From positions 1 through 58,557 of the forward strand of contig JBBAUC010000001.1 in the NCBI GenBank assembly GCA_040398485.1: a stretch of DNA of 58,557 bases, in the 5' to 3' direction. A program made the translations under genes and the position numbers. Shown one piece after another: positions 48,178 to 57,704 of the stretch. The stretch's first letter is position 1. Every line of letters begins with the position of its first letter. The DNA is from Roseomonas sp. (lineage in GTDB: Bacteria > Pseudomonadota > Alphaproteobacteria > Acetobacterales > Acetobacteraceae). Under the pieces are notes generated by a model. It was not told the DNA's origin. It saw only the letters and a program-made list of their open reading frames with translations, and did no database searches.

Positions 48178-49485
48178 ATGAGCCCCGCCGCCATCATCCT
48201 CGCCGCCGGCCTTGGGACGCGCATGCGTTCCACCCAACCCAAGGTGCTGCACCCCCTGGCGGGGCGGCCCATGATCCAGCATTTGATCGGCGCTTGCGAA
48301 CAGGTTTTTGGGCGCATTGTGGTGGTGGTTGGGCCGGATATGCCGGCGCTGGAAGACGCTGTGGCACCGCGAGAAGTGGTGGTGCAGCGGGAGAGACTCG
48401 GCACCGGCCATGCGGCGCTGCAAGCGGCCCCTTTGCTTGGCGGGCATCAGGGTGATGTGGCGGTGCTTTATGGCGATAATCCGCTGATCTCTGCGGCCAC
48501 CTTGCAGGCGCTGGTGGCTGCTCGCCAAACCGCCGGGCTTGCGCTGCTGGCCATGCGGCCCGCTGATCCCGCGCGCTATGGGCGCGTGGTGCTGGATGAG
48601 GAATCCGAAGTCACGCGCATTGTCGAATGGGCGGATGCGACGAAAGAAGAACGCGCGATCGGCCTTTGCAATGCGGGCGTGATTTCCGCCCCGGCGCAGG
48701 ATCTGTTCCGCTGGTTGGGAGCGATCAGTAACAACAACGCCAAGGGCGAATATTACCTGACGGATGTCATTCAGCAGGCGCGGCTTGAAGGCAAGCGCGT
48801 GGTCGCGGTTGAAGCGCCGGAAGCTGAGCTTCGCGGCATCAATAGCCGCGCTGAATTGGCGCAAGCGGAAGCCGAAGTGCAGCGCAGCCTGCGTGCTGCC
48901 GCAATGGCGGGTGGCGTGACGATGTTGGCACCGGAGAGCGTGTATCTTTGCCACGACACGAAGCTTGGCGCGGATGTGGTGCTGGAACCGAATATCTTCT
49001 TCGGACCAGGGGTTTCAGTGGAAGATGGCGTTACCATTCGCGCCTTCAGCCATTTGGAAGGATGCGTCGTGAAGCATGGTGCCATCATTGGCCCTTATGC
49101 CAGGCTGCGCCCCGGAACAGTTATCGAACCTCATGCCCATGTCGGCAATTTCGTGGAGCTGAAAGCAACCACGCTCGGCCCCGGCGCCAAGGCAAATCAT
49201 TTGAGCTATCTGGGCGATGCCACGATTGGCGCGGGGGCCAATATCGGTGCCGGCACCATCACCTGCAATTATGATGGTGTTGCGAAGCACCGCACCGAAA
49301 TTGGTGAAGGCGCTTTCATTGGCAGTGATACGGCGCTTGTAGCACCGGTGAAAATCGGCGCGCGCGCGCTGGTAGCGGCGGGCAGCGTGATCACGGAAGA
49401 CGTGCCCGATGATGCGCTGGCGATTGCGCGCGGGCGCCAGGCGATGAAGCCGGGGCGTGGCTTCAAGGGCAAGGGGAGGCGCTAA
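48178..49485 (+). CDS. glmU: Bifunctional UDP-GlcNAc pyrophosphorylase/glucosamine-1-P acetyltransferase
   Basis: ILAAGLGTRMRS..PKVLH, GEYYLTD, GNFVELK, GAGTITCNYDG and hexapeptide repeats. Confidence 0.97.
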   Translation: MSPAAIILAAGLGTRMRSTQPKVLHPLAGRPMIQHLIGACEQVFGRIVVVVGPDMPALEDAVAPREVVVQRERLGTGHAALQAAPLLGGHQGDVAVLYGDNPLISAATLQALVAARQTAGLALLAMRPADPARYGRVVLDEESEVTRIVEWADATKEERAIGLCNAGVISAPAQDLFRWLGAISNNNAKGEYYLTDVIQQARLEGKRVVAVEAPEAELRGINSRAELAQAEAEVQRSLRAAAMAGGVTMLAPESVYLCHDTKLGADVVLEPNIFFGPGVSVEDGVTIRAFSHLEGCVVKHGAIIGPYARLRPGTVIEPHAHVGNFVELKATTLGPGAKANHLSYLGDATIGAGANIGAGTITCNYDGVAKHRTEIGEGAFIGSDTALVAPVKIGARALVAAGSVITEDVPDDALAIARGRQAMKPGRGFKGKGRR

Positions 49486-51308
49486 TGTGCGGCATTGTTG
49501 GTGTGGTTGGGCAGGCAGCGGCGGCGCCTCGGCTTTTGGAAGCGCTGCGGCGGCTGGAATATCGCGGCTATGACAGCGCCGGCATTGCGACCCTGATTGA
49601 TGGCAAGATTGATCGTAGGCGGGCTGAGGGTAAGCTTGGCAATCTCGCTGCCGTTTTGGACACCGCCCCATTGGATGGCACCACCGGCATCGGCCATACG
49701 CGCTGGGCAACCCATGGCGCGCCCACCACGCGCAACGCACACCCGCATGGCACGGCGCGCGTGGTTGTTGTGCATAACGGCATTATCGAAAATCACGCCG
49801 AGTTACGCGCCGAATTGGAAGCGCGCGGCCATGCCTTTCAGACTGAAACCGATACCGAAACCTTCGCGCTTTTGGTGGATGATTTTCTGCAAGGCGGCGC
49901 GACACCCGAAGCTGCCGCAGCGGCAGCGCTGAAGCGCGTGCATGGCGCTTTTGCACTGGCCATGATTTTCGCGGGCCACCCGGATTTGCTGATTTGCGCC
50001 CGCCAAGGCGCGCCGCTTGCCGTTGGTTTTGGTGAGGGCGAGATGTTTGTGGGATCGGATGCGCTGGCACTCGCCCCCCTCACGCGGCGCATTGCGTATT
50101 TGGAAGAAGGCGATTGGGCGGTACTGGATCGCACCAGCGCGCGGTTTCATGATGTGACAGGCGCGGAAGTGAAGCGCGAAATCAAGCTCACCGCTGTTTC
50201 GGGCGCCACCACCGGCAAGGGTAATTATCGCCATTTCATGGAAAAGGAATTGCACGAACATCCGGTGGTGCTGGGTGATACCTTGACGCAATATCTGGAC
50301 CCGGCGCAGCGGCGCGTTGTGTTGCCTGAATTACCCTTCGATCCCGTGACCGTGCCGCGCCTGACCATGACCGCTTGCGGCAGTGCCTATCTTGCAGGTC
50401 TGGTTGGCCGCTATTGGATTGAGGAATTGGCGCGGCTTCCTGTCGATGCTGATGTCGCCAGCGAATTTCGCTATCGTGATCCGCCCTTGCCCGTTGGCGG
50501 TGGTGCAGTGCTGGTGAGCCAAAGTGGCGAGACCGCCGATACCATGGCGGCGCTGCGCTTGTTGAAGGAGCGGGGCCAGCACGTGCTTTCGATAGTCAAT
50601 GTACCCGAAAGCACCATGGCGCGTGAAAGCGATGCGGCGGTGCTGACCGTGGCAGGGCCGGAGATTGGCGTCGCCTCCACCAAGGCTTTCACGGCGCAGC
50701 TTGCGGTATTGGCCTGCCTGGCCATTGGGCTTGGCCGTGCGCGTGGGGCGATTAGCGCCGCACAAGAAGCCGAACTGACCGCGGCGCTGCTGGAAGTGCC
50801 CTCCAACGCTGCAGCCGTTTTGGAACGCGATGGTGAAATCCGCGCCATGGCGGCGGAAGTGGCCAAGGCTCGGGATGTGCTTTTCCTTGGCCGTGGATCA
50901 CTTTACCCAATCGCCTTGGAAGGCGCGCTAAAGCTCAAGGAAATTTCCTATATCCATGCGGAAGGCTATGCGGCGGGCGAAATGAAGCATGGCCCGATTG
51001 CTTTGATTGATCCCGCCGTGCCGGTAATCGCGCTTTGCCCCTCAGGCCCGCTATTTGAAAAAACCGCGTCCAATCTTCAGGAATCCGCCGCGCGTGGCGG
51101 GCGCGTTATGGCTTTCACCGATGATCTAGGTGCAGAAAAACTGCGCGGCTTTGCCGAACGGATTGTGGTGCTACCGCGCGTACCTGCCTTCGCCGCGCCC
51201 ATTCTGCATACCATTCCCGTGCAATTCCTTGCCTATCATGTTGCGGTGCTGAAGGGCACGGATGTGGATCAGCCGCGCAACCTCGCGAAAAGCGTCACGG
51301 TGGAATAG
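49485..51308 (+). CDS. glmS: Glutamine-fructose-6-phosphate aminotransferase
   Basis: MCGIVG, LEYRGYDSAG, GHTRWATHG, SQSGETADT, PRNLAKSVTVE. Confidence 0.98.
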   Translation: MCGIVGVVGQAAAAPRLLEALRRLEYRGYDSAGIATLIDGKIDRRRAEGKLGNLAAVLDTAPLDGTTGIGHTRWATHGAPTTRNAHPHGTARVVVVHNGIIENHAELRAELEARGHAFQTETDTETFALLVDDFLQGGATPEAAAAAALKRVHGAFALAMIFAGHPDLLICARQGAPLAVGFGEGEMFVGSDALALAPLTRRIAYLEEGDWAVLDRTSARFHDVTGAEVKREIKLTAVSGATTGKGNYRHFMEKELHEHPVVLGDTLTQYLDPAQRRVVLPELPFDPVTVPRLTMTACGSAYLAGLVGRYWIEELARLPVDADVASEFRYRDPPLPVGGGAVLVSQSGETADTMAALRLLKERGQHVLSIVNVPESTMARESDAAVLTVAGPEIGVASTKAFTAQLAVLACLAIGLGRARGAISAAQEAELTAALLEVPSNAAAVLERDGEIRAMAAEVAKARDVLFLGRGSLYPIALEGALKLKEISYIHAEGYAAGEMKHGPIALIDPAVPVIALCPSGPLFEKTASNLQESAARGGRVMAFTDDLGAEKLRGFAERIVVLPRVPAFAAPILHTIPVQFLAYHVAVLKGTDVDQPRNLAKSVTVE

Positions 51309-51368
51309 CGCGCAACGCTTTTGCGGCTGACGGAATCAGCAATAGCGCAAGAAACAGAAGGCGCCGCA

Positions 51369-52157
51369 TCACTCCTCAATAATCGCAACGGCACGCGTCC
51401 AGCCGGCGGAACCGCGATGCACCTTCACGGGGAAGCAGGAAATCATGAAGCCATCCGGCGGCAGGCTTTCCAGATTCGTGAGCTTTTCCATGTGGCAATA
51501 GCCAATCTCTCGCCCCGCGCGATGGCCTTCCCAGATCAGGGACGCATCGCCGGTTTCCTGCACCTTCTTCTTCGTCAATGAAAACGGCGCATCCCAGGAC
51601 CAGCCATCAATGCCCGTCACGCGCACGCCCTGTTCCAGCAGCCAAAGCGTTGCCGCCTTGCCAACCCCGCAGCCACTATGGATGAAATCATCCTGCCCGT
51701 AACGGCTGGCGGCGCGCGTATTCACCACCACAATTTCAAGCGGTTTCAGCGTGTGGCCGATGCGCTTCAGCTCCGCCTGCACATCGCCCGGCGTCGCGAC
51801 ATAGCCATCCGGGAAATGCCGAAAATCGAGCTTCACGCCAGGCTGAAAGCACCATTCCAAAGGCACTTCATCAATGCGCCAGGAAGGCTCTCCACCCGGC
51901 ACGGTTCTTTCATTCATGCGGCTGAAGAAGTGATAGGGCGAATCAAGATGCGTCCCGCTATGGGTTGTGATGCGCACCACTTCACGCGCAGCGAACTGAC
52001 CTTCGGGCAATTGATCCACGCTGATGCCGAATTCCTGCGCCAGACGCGGCGCGGTCATGTGATGATCGTGATACTCAATTTCGGGCAGCATATGCGGCGG
52101 GTCGGATGCGATCCCGCCCTTGAGTGCAACCGAAATATCAATGAAACGGCGAGCCAT
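51369..52157 (-). CDS. Cyclase family metal-dependent hydrolase (kynurenine formamidase-like), copy 2
   Basis: HSGTHLDSPYH metal motif, GIDGWSWD, HMEKL, GSAGWTRAVA. Confidence 0.9.
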   Translation of the reverse strand: MARRFIDISVALKGGIASDPPHMLPEIEYHDHHMTAPRLAQEFGISVDQLPEGQFAAREVVRITTHSGTHLDSPYHFFSRMNERTVPGGEPSWRIDEVPLEWCFQPGVKLDFRHFPDGYVATPGDVQAELKRIGHTLKPLEIVVVNTRAASRYGQDDFIHSGCGVGKAATLWLLEQGVRVTGIDGWSWDAPFSLTKKKVQETGDASLIWEGHRAGREIGYCHMEKLTNLESLPPDGFMISCFPVKVHRGSAGWTRAVAIIEE

Positions 52158-52167
52158 GGCTTCCCCC

Positions 52168-52956
52168 TTATTCTTCAAAAATCGCGACAGCGCGGGTCCA
52201 GCCGGCGGAACCGCGATGCACTTTTACGGGCAGGCAGGAAATCGTGAAGCCGCTAGGCGGCAGCTTATCCAGGTTGGAGAGTTTTTCGATGTGGCAATAG
52301 CCGATCTCTCGCCCTGCACGATGGCCTTCCCAGATCAGCGAAACATCGCCGGTGGCCGCGACCTTTTTCTTGGTCAGTGAAAACGGCGCATCCCAGGACC
52401 AGCCATCCGTGCCGGTCACGCGCACACCCTGTTCCAACAGCCAAAGCGTTGCTTCCTTGCCCATGCCGCAGCCGGAATGGATGTAATCATCCTCCCCATA
52501 ACGTGCGCCGGCCGCCGTATTCACCACCACAATCTCCAGCGGCTTCAGCATATGGCCAATGCGCTTCAATTCCGCCTGCACATCATTCGCTGTGGCAACA
52601 TAGCCATGCTCAAAATGCCGAAAATCCAGCTTCACGCCAGGCTGCAAGCACCAATCAAGCGGAACTTCATCAATGCGCCAGGAAGGCTCGCCCCCCGGCA
52701 CCAGCCTTTCATTCATGCGGCTGAAATAATGATAGGGCGCGTCAATATGCGTGCCGTTATGGGTGCTGATCTGAACACGCTCCACCGCCGCATATTCGCC
52801 TTCGGGCAATTGATCCACGCTAATGCCGAAATCCTGCGCCATGCCAGGCGCGGTCATATGGTGATCCAGATATTCGATCTTCGGTAGCGCATGGGGTGGG
52901 TCACTGATGATGCCGGCACGGAGTGCAACGGATATATCAACAATGCGACGGGGCAT
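52168..52956 (-). CDS. Cyclase family metal-dependent hydrolase, copy 1
   Basis: HNGTHIDAPYH, GTDGWSWD, HIEKL; AAGGAG RBS. Confidence 0.9.
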   Translation of the reverse strand: MPRRIVDISVALRAGIISDPPHALPKIEYLDHHMTAPGMAQDFGISVDQLPEGEYAAVERVQISTHNGTHIDAPYHYFSRMNERLVPGGEPSWRIDEVPLDWCLQPGVKLDFRHFEHGYVATANDVQAELKRIGHMLKPLEIVVVNTAAGARYGEDDYIHSGCGMGKEATLWLLEQGVRVTGTDGWSWDAPFSLTKKKVAATGDVSLIWEGHRAGREIGYCHIEKLSNLDKLPPSGFTISCLPVKVHRGSAGWTRAVAIFEE

Positions 52957-52978
52957 GGGTATTCTCCTTCTTTTGAAA

Positions 52979-54265
52979 TCAAACAGGCCAGGCAATGGCG
53001 GGCGCGATGGCGCCGCGGCATTCGCCAAAGCCAATGGGAACAGCGCCGGGCGCTTCAGCGCGGGCGCGGAAAATCACCTCATCACCATCCTGCAACCAGC
53101 GGCGGGTTTCGCCATTGGGTAGGGTGATGGGGCCGGCAAGGCCAAGTTCGGCAAGACCGGCAGCGGCACTATCTTCCGGCCCGGAAACCGTGCCGCTGCC
53201 GAGCAAATCACCGGGCAGCAGATTGCAGCCATTGGTGCCGTGATGCGCCACCATTTGTGCCGCGGTCCAATACATGCGGGCGAAATCCGTATCGGTCAGA
53301 AGCGCGGGCGCGGCGCCTTCCGCGCGCATCTTGTTCGTCACCAACAAGGCCTGCATGCGAACGCCAAGCGCGCCCGCAGCACGGTTCCAGGCGCTATCCA
53401 GATAAGGCAGCGGCGGCGGCTCAATCGCTGGTGCCGCTTTCGCGAAAGGCTCCAGCGCTTCCGCTGTGATCACCCAGGGCGAGACGGATGTTGAGACACT
53501 CTTCGCCAAGAACGGTCCCAGAGGCGGCATTTCCCAGCGCTGGATATCGCGCGCCGACCAATCATTCAGAAGCCCGAAGCCGAAGATGCGCTGGTGCGCT
53601 TGCGCCATGGTCACGGGCGTACCAAGCGCGTTTTCGCCCGCGATCCAGATCGCCAATTCCAATTCATAATCCATCGCTTCCGATGGGGCGAAGCGCACTT
53701 CGCCATCGCTGCGCGCCCATTGGCCATGCGGGCGGATCACATCCTCGCCACTCACGCGCACGGAACTGGCACGAGAATGATAGGCCACCGGCAAATGGCG
53801 GAAGGCTTGGGGCAGGGGGTTCTTCGGATCCCGCCGCACGCCAAGCCGCGCGCAGTGATCATAACTCGCCATAAAATCAGAAAAATTCGCGACCGTTGCG
53901 GGCATGTGCATCTGTGCTTCGGCCATCGGCATCAGAATACGCGCGGCCAAGGGTTCAGCCGATGAACCCGCCGCCAGCAGTGCGGAAAGCTGTGCCCGCA
54001 AAGCAGCAGAGGCGCCCCTGCCCAGCGCCATCAGCGCATTCAGGCTTGGCCCTGCGGCGGCTTCCGCTGCGGCACCGGAAAGCAAGCCAGCCCCGATCGC
54101 GGCGCGGATATCCAGGATCATATCGCCAATGGCCACCCCGCCGCGCGGGGCCTCTCCGGCCCGGCTGAAAACACCGAAGGGCAGGTTCTGAATGGGGAAA
54201 TCATGCCCCGGCCGATTGGCCGAAGCGACCCAGCTTTTCAGGCCGGGGTCATGGGTGGCATCCAT
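52979..54265 (-). CDS. fahA: Fumarylacetoacetase
   Basis: FPIQNLPFGVF, PVAYHSRASS, DYELE, NDWSARDIQRWE..PLGPF, GDLLGSGTVSG, GFGEC.G. Confidence 0.88.
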   Translation of the reverse strand: MDATHDPGLKSWVASANRPGHDFPIQNLPFGVFSRAGEAPRGGVAIGDMILDIRAAIGAGLLSGAAAEAAAGPSLNALMALGRGASAALRAQLSALLAAGSSAEPLAARILMPMAEAQMHMPATVANFSDFMASYDHCARLGVRRDPKNPLPQAFRHLPVAYHSRASSVRVSGEDVIRPHGQWARSDGEVRFAPSEAMDYELELAIWIAGENALGTPVTMAQAHQRIFGFGLLNDWSARDIQRWEMPPLGPFLAKSVSTSVSPWVITAEALEPFAKAAPAIEPPPLPYLDSAWNRAAGALGVRMQALLVTNKMRAEGAAPALLTDTDFARMYWTAAQMVAHHGTNGCNLLPGDLLGSGTVSGPEDSAAAGLAELGLAGPITLPNGETRRWLQDGDEVIFRARAEAPGAVPIGFGECRGAIAPAIAWPV

Positions 54266-54394
54266 TTGGGCGTTCCTATGGCTTTCTTGGGGGCGATCAT
54301 GGCCCGCCGGGGCGCGAAGGCAAGCCCGCGCGCGCAAGGTTTGGGAAAAGCCGCCATTTCAGCCTATTCTGGCAGAAAGCCCAGGAGGACCCAG

Positions 54395-55873
54395 ATGCTC
54401 GACGCCACCACTAAGCTGCCCTTAAAGGACCCCGCCCTGTTCCGTCAGGCGAATTACATCGCCGGCGCCTGGGTGCAGGCCGATAGCGGCAAGACCATTG
54501 CCGTGCGTAACCCTGCTAGCGGGGAAGTGATTGGCGAAGTGCCGGCCATGGGCCAGGCGGAAACCCGCCGCGCCATTGAAGCCGCCAATGCGGCCTGGCC
54601 GGCCTGGCGCGCGATGCTGGCGAAAGATCGCGCCGTGATCTTGCACAAAATCGCAGCACTCATGCATGAGAATTCCGATGATCTGGCTGCGATCATGACG
54701 GCTGAGCAAGGCAAGCCCTTGGCCGAAGCGAAGGGCGAAGTGGTTTATGCCGCTTCCTTCATTGAATGGTTCGCCGATGAAGGCCGCCGCGTGCAGGGCG
54801 AGACGATTCCCCAAAACGCCAAGGGCCGCCGCATTCTGGTGACCAAGGAACCGATTGGCGTTTTTGCCGCCATTACGCCCTGGAATTTCCCTGCGGCCAT
54901 GATCACCCGCAAGGCTGGGCCAGGTTGGGCGGCGGGCTGCACCGGCGTGATCCGCCCGGCATCGCAAACGCCCTTTTCTGCGCTGGCTTTAGCGGTGCTG
55001 GCGGAACGCGCCGGTATGCCTTCTGGTGTGTGCAATGTGATCACCGGGCCTTCCAGCGAGACAGGCAAGGAACTGACGAGCAACCCGATCATCCGCAAGC
55101 TGTCTTTCACGGGTTCTACGGAAGTTGGCCGTGTGCTGCTCGCGCAATGCGCCGCGACCATCAAAAAGACCTCGATGGAATTGGGCGGCAATGCGCCTTT
55201 CATTGTGTTTGATGATGCGGATTTGGATGCGGCGGTGCTGGGTGCCATGGCGTCCAAATATCGCAATGCGGGTCAGACCTGCGTCTGCGCCAATCGCATC
55301 CTGGTGCAGGATAGCGTGTATGAAGCCTTCGCCGCCAAGCTGAAGACAGCGGTGGAAGGGCTGAAGGTTGGCCCCGGGATGGAACCTGGCGTCACGCAAG
55401 GTCCGCTGATCAATGCCGATGCGGTGGCGAAGGTGGAAGAACATATCGCCGATGCGCTGGCGCAAGGTGCAACCGTTATCACGGGCGGCAAGCGCCATGC
55501 GCGCGGCGGCAATTTCTTCGAACCGACGATTCTTTCGAATGTGCCGCGTGGTGCCAAGATTTTCGGCGAAGAGACCTTCGGTCCGGTAGCGCCTTTGTTC
55601 CGCTTCAAGACCGAAGAAGAAGCCATCCAGATGGCGAATGATACGGAATTCGGCCTGGCTTCTTACTTCTACGCCCGCGATGTTGGGCGCATCTTCCGTG
55701 TGGCGGAAGCTTTGGAATACGGCATCATCGGCATCAATGAGGGGATCATCTCCACCGCTGAAGTGCCCTTTGGTGGCTTCAAGCAATCCGGCCTTGGGCG
55801 CGAAGGCAGCCATATGGGGATCGAGGAATATCTTGAAGTGAAATACCTCGCCCTTGGTGGCATCGGCACGTGA
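54395..55873 (+). CDS. gabD: NAD(P)-dependent succinate-semialdehyde dehydrogenase
   Basis: ITPWNFPAAMITRK, SFTGSTEVG, MELGGNAP, NAGQTCVC, EETFGP, GLGREGS. Confidence 0.92.
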   Translation: MLDATTKLPLKDPALFRQANYIAGAWVQADSGKTIAVRNPASGEVIGEVPAMGQAETRRAIEAANAAWPAWRAMLAKDRAVILHKIAALMHENSDDLAAIMTAEQGKPLAEAKGEVVYAASFIEWFADEGRRVQGETIPQNAKGRRILVTKEPIGVFAAITPWNFPAAMITRKAGPGWAAGCTGVIRPASQTPFSALALAVLAERAGMPSGVCNVITGPSSETGKELTSNPIIRKLSFTGSTEVGRVLLAQCAATIKKTSMELGGNAPFIVFDDADLDAAVLGAMASKYRNAGQTCVCANRILVQDSVYEAFAAKLKTAVEGLKVGPGMEPGVTQGPLINADAVAKVEEHIADALAQGATVITGGKRHARGGNFFEPTILSNVPRGAKIFGEETFGPVAPLFRFKTEEEAIQMANDTEFGLASYFYARDVGRIFRVAEALEYGIIGINEGIISTAEVPFGGFKQSGLGREGSHMGIEEYLEVKYLALGGIGT

Positions 55874-56322
55874 GTGAGGCGATTTTCCTGGAAGACCTGT
55901 TTCCGGGCCGGCGCTTCACCGCGGGCTCGGTGATGGTTGATGCCGAGGAAGTCAAACGCTTCGCCGCGCTTTATGACCCTCAGCCCTTCCATATGGATGA
56001 AGAAGCGGGTACCGCGCATCCGCTTTTTGGACGGCTGGCCGCGAGTGGTTGGCACACTGCCGGCATGACCATGCGCATGGTAGTGCAGGCCATTGGCGGC
56101 ATTTCCGGCGGCATCGTCGGTGGCGGCGGGGAGTTGCAATGGACCAAGCCCGTCTATCCCGGCGATACGTTGCGCGTAGAGATCGAGGTGCTTGAAGTGG
56201 CGCCATCACGCTCTCGGCCGGATCGCGGTAGCGCGCTGATGCGTAACACAACCTTCAACCAACATGATGAGCCGGTGCAGATTTTCACCGTGCGCGTTGT
56301 TGTCCCGAAACGTCCCGTCTGA
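55870..56322 (+). CDS. MaoC family dehydratase
   Basis: FA..YDPQPFHMDEE, LAASGWHT and PVYPGDTL motifs. Confidence 0.88.
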   Translation: MSEAIFLEDLFPGRRFTAGSVMVDAEEVKRFAALYDPQPFHMDEEAGTAHPLFGRLAASGWHTAGMTMRMVVQAIGGISGGIVGGGGELQWTKPVYPGDTLRVEIEVLEVAPSRSRPDRGSALMRNTTFNQHDEPVQIFTVRVVVPKRPV

Positions 56323-56342
56323 CCGGTTTCCCTGAGGTTTCC

Positions 56343-57704
56343 ATGGCTTATGATTTTGATCTTTTCGTGATTGGTGGCGGTTCTGGTGGGGTGCGCTCCG
56401 CGCGTATTGCTGCCGGCCATGGGGCGCGGGTTGGTGTTGCCGAAGAACGCTTCTGGGGCGGCACCTGTGTGAATGTCGGCTGCGTGCCGAAAAAAATCAT
56501 GGTGAATGCCGCCGAATATGGCGCCTGGGCAGAAGATGCGGCGGCTTTTGGTTGGTCGTTTGAAAATCACGGACATGATTGGGCCAAGCTGGCCGCCGCA
56601 CGAGACGCTGAAGTGGCGCGGCTTTCGGGGATTTATGGCCGCTTGCTGGGCAATGCAGGTGTGACTTCCTTCGATGCGCGCACGACATTTCTGGATGCGC
56701 ATACGCTCGATGTCGGCGGCAAGCGCGTGACGGCTGAGCGTATCATCATCGCCGTTGGTGGAACCGCGACGCGGCTGGATATTCCGGGTGCGGAGCTAGG
56801 CCTGATTTCGGATGATCTTTTCACGCTGAAGGCATTGCCCAAGCGCGTTGCGGTGCTGGGCGCTGGCTATATCGCCGTGGAATTCGCCTGCATCCTGAAG
56901 GGGCTGGGGGCGGAGGTTGCGCTGGTGCATCGCGCGTTCCTGCCGCTGCGTGGCTTTGATGAGGATATTCGCAGCGCCGCCGCTGAAGCCTTGGTTGCAC
57001 AGGGCATCGCCTGCCATGCCGGCGTCAGCCCTGTCCGCATTGAAGCGCGCGGCGCGGAGCGTGTGCTGCATCTTTCTGATGGAACGACGCAAGTTTTCGA
57101 CGCGGTCTTTTTCTGCACCGGGCGCAAGCCCGCGACCGAGGGGCTTGGGCTGGAAAAGGCCGGCGTGCGCTTGTCTGACAATGGCGTAATCGCGGTGGAT
57201 GACAACCACGCGACAAGCCAGCCCCATATCTTCGCCATTGGTGATGTGCTGGACCGGGTGAACCTGACGCCGATGGCCACCGCCGTGGGGCACGCTTTGG
57301 CCGATACGCTGTTCGGCAATAACCCGCGCCGTGTCAGCTATGAAAACGTGCCAACCGCCGTTTTCATGAACCCGCCCATCGGCACGGTAGGCATCACGGA
57401 AGAAGAAGCCGCGAAACGCGGCCCCGCTGATATCTACGTCACGCGCTTCACCCCCATGCGGCACACCATCAGCAAGCGCGAAGGCCGTAAGACGCTCATG
57501 AAGCTCGTGGTCTGCCAACGCACGCAAAAAATCCTTGGCGCGCATATGATCGGCGAAGACGCGGGCGAGATGATGCAAGGCATCGGCATTGCCGTGGTGA
57601 TGGGCGCCACAAAACAGGATTTTGATCGCACCATTGGCATTCATCCCACGGCGGCAGAGGAATTCGTGACACTCCGCACCCGCACCCGCGTGGTGGGCGC
57701 GTGA
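56343..57704 (+). CDS. gor: Glutathione reductase
   Basis: IGGGSGG, redox disulfide GGTCVNVGCVPKK, GAGYIAVE, IHPTAAEE. Confidence 0.94.
   Translation: MAYDFDLFVIGGGSGGVRSARIAAGHGARVGVAEERFWGGTCVNVGCVPKKIMVNAAEYGAWAEDAAAFGWSFENHGHDWAKLAAARDAEVARLSGIYGRLLGNAGVTSFDARTTFLDAHTLDVGGKRVTAERIIIAVGGTATRLDIPGAELGLISDDLFTLKALPKRVAVLGAGYIAVEFACILKGLGAEVALVHRAFLPLRGFDEDIRSAAAEALVAQGIACHAGVSPVRIEARGAERVLHLSDGTTQVFDAVFFCTGRKPATEGLGLEKAGVRLSDNGVIAVDDNHATSQPHIFAIGDVLDRVNLTPMATAVGHALADTLFGNNPRRVSYENVPTAVFMNPPIGTVGITEEEAAKRGPADIYVTRFTPMRHTISKREGRKTLMKLVVCQRTQKILGAHMIGEDAGEMMQGIGIAVVMGATKQDFDRTIGIHPTAAEEFVTLRTRTRVVGA

Noticed and set aside
51369-52956. Long direct repeat as a mobile element or CRISPR-like array
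   Set aside because: The repeat is two paralogous coding genes; no transposase, terminal repeats or spacers are present.
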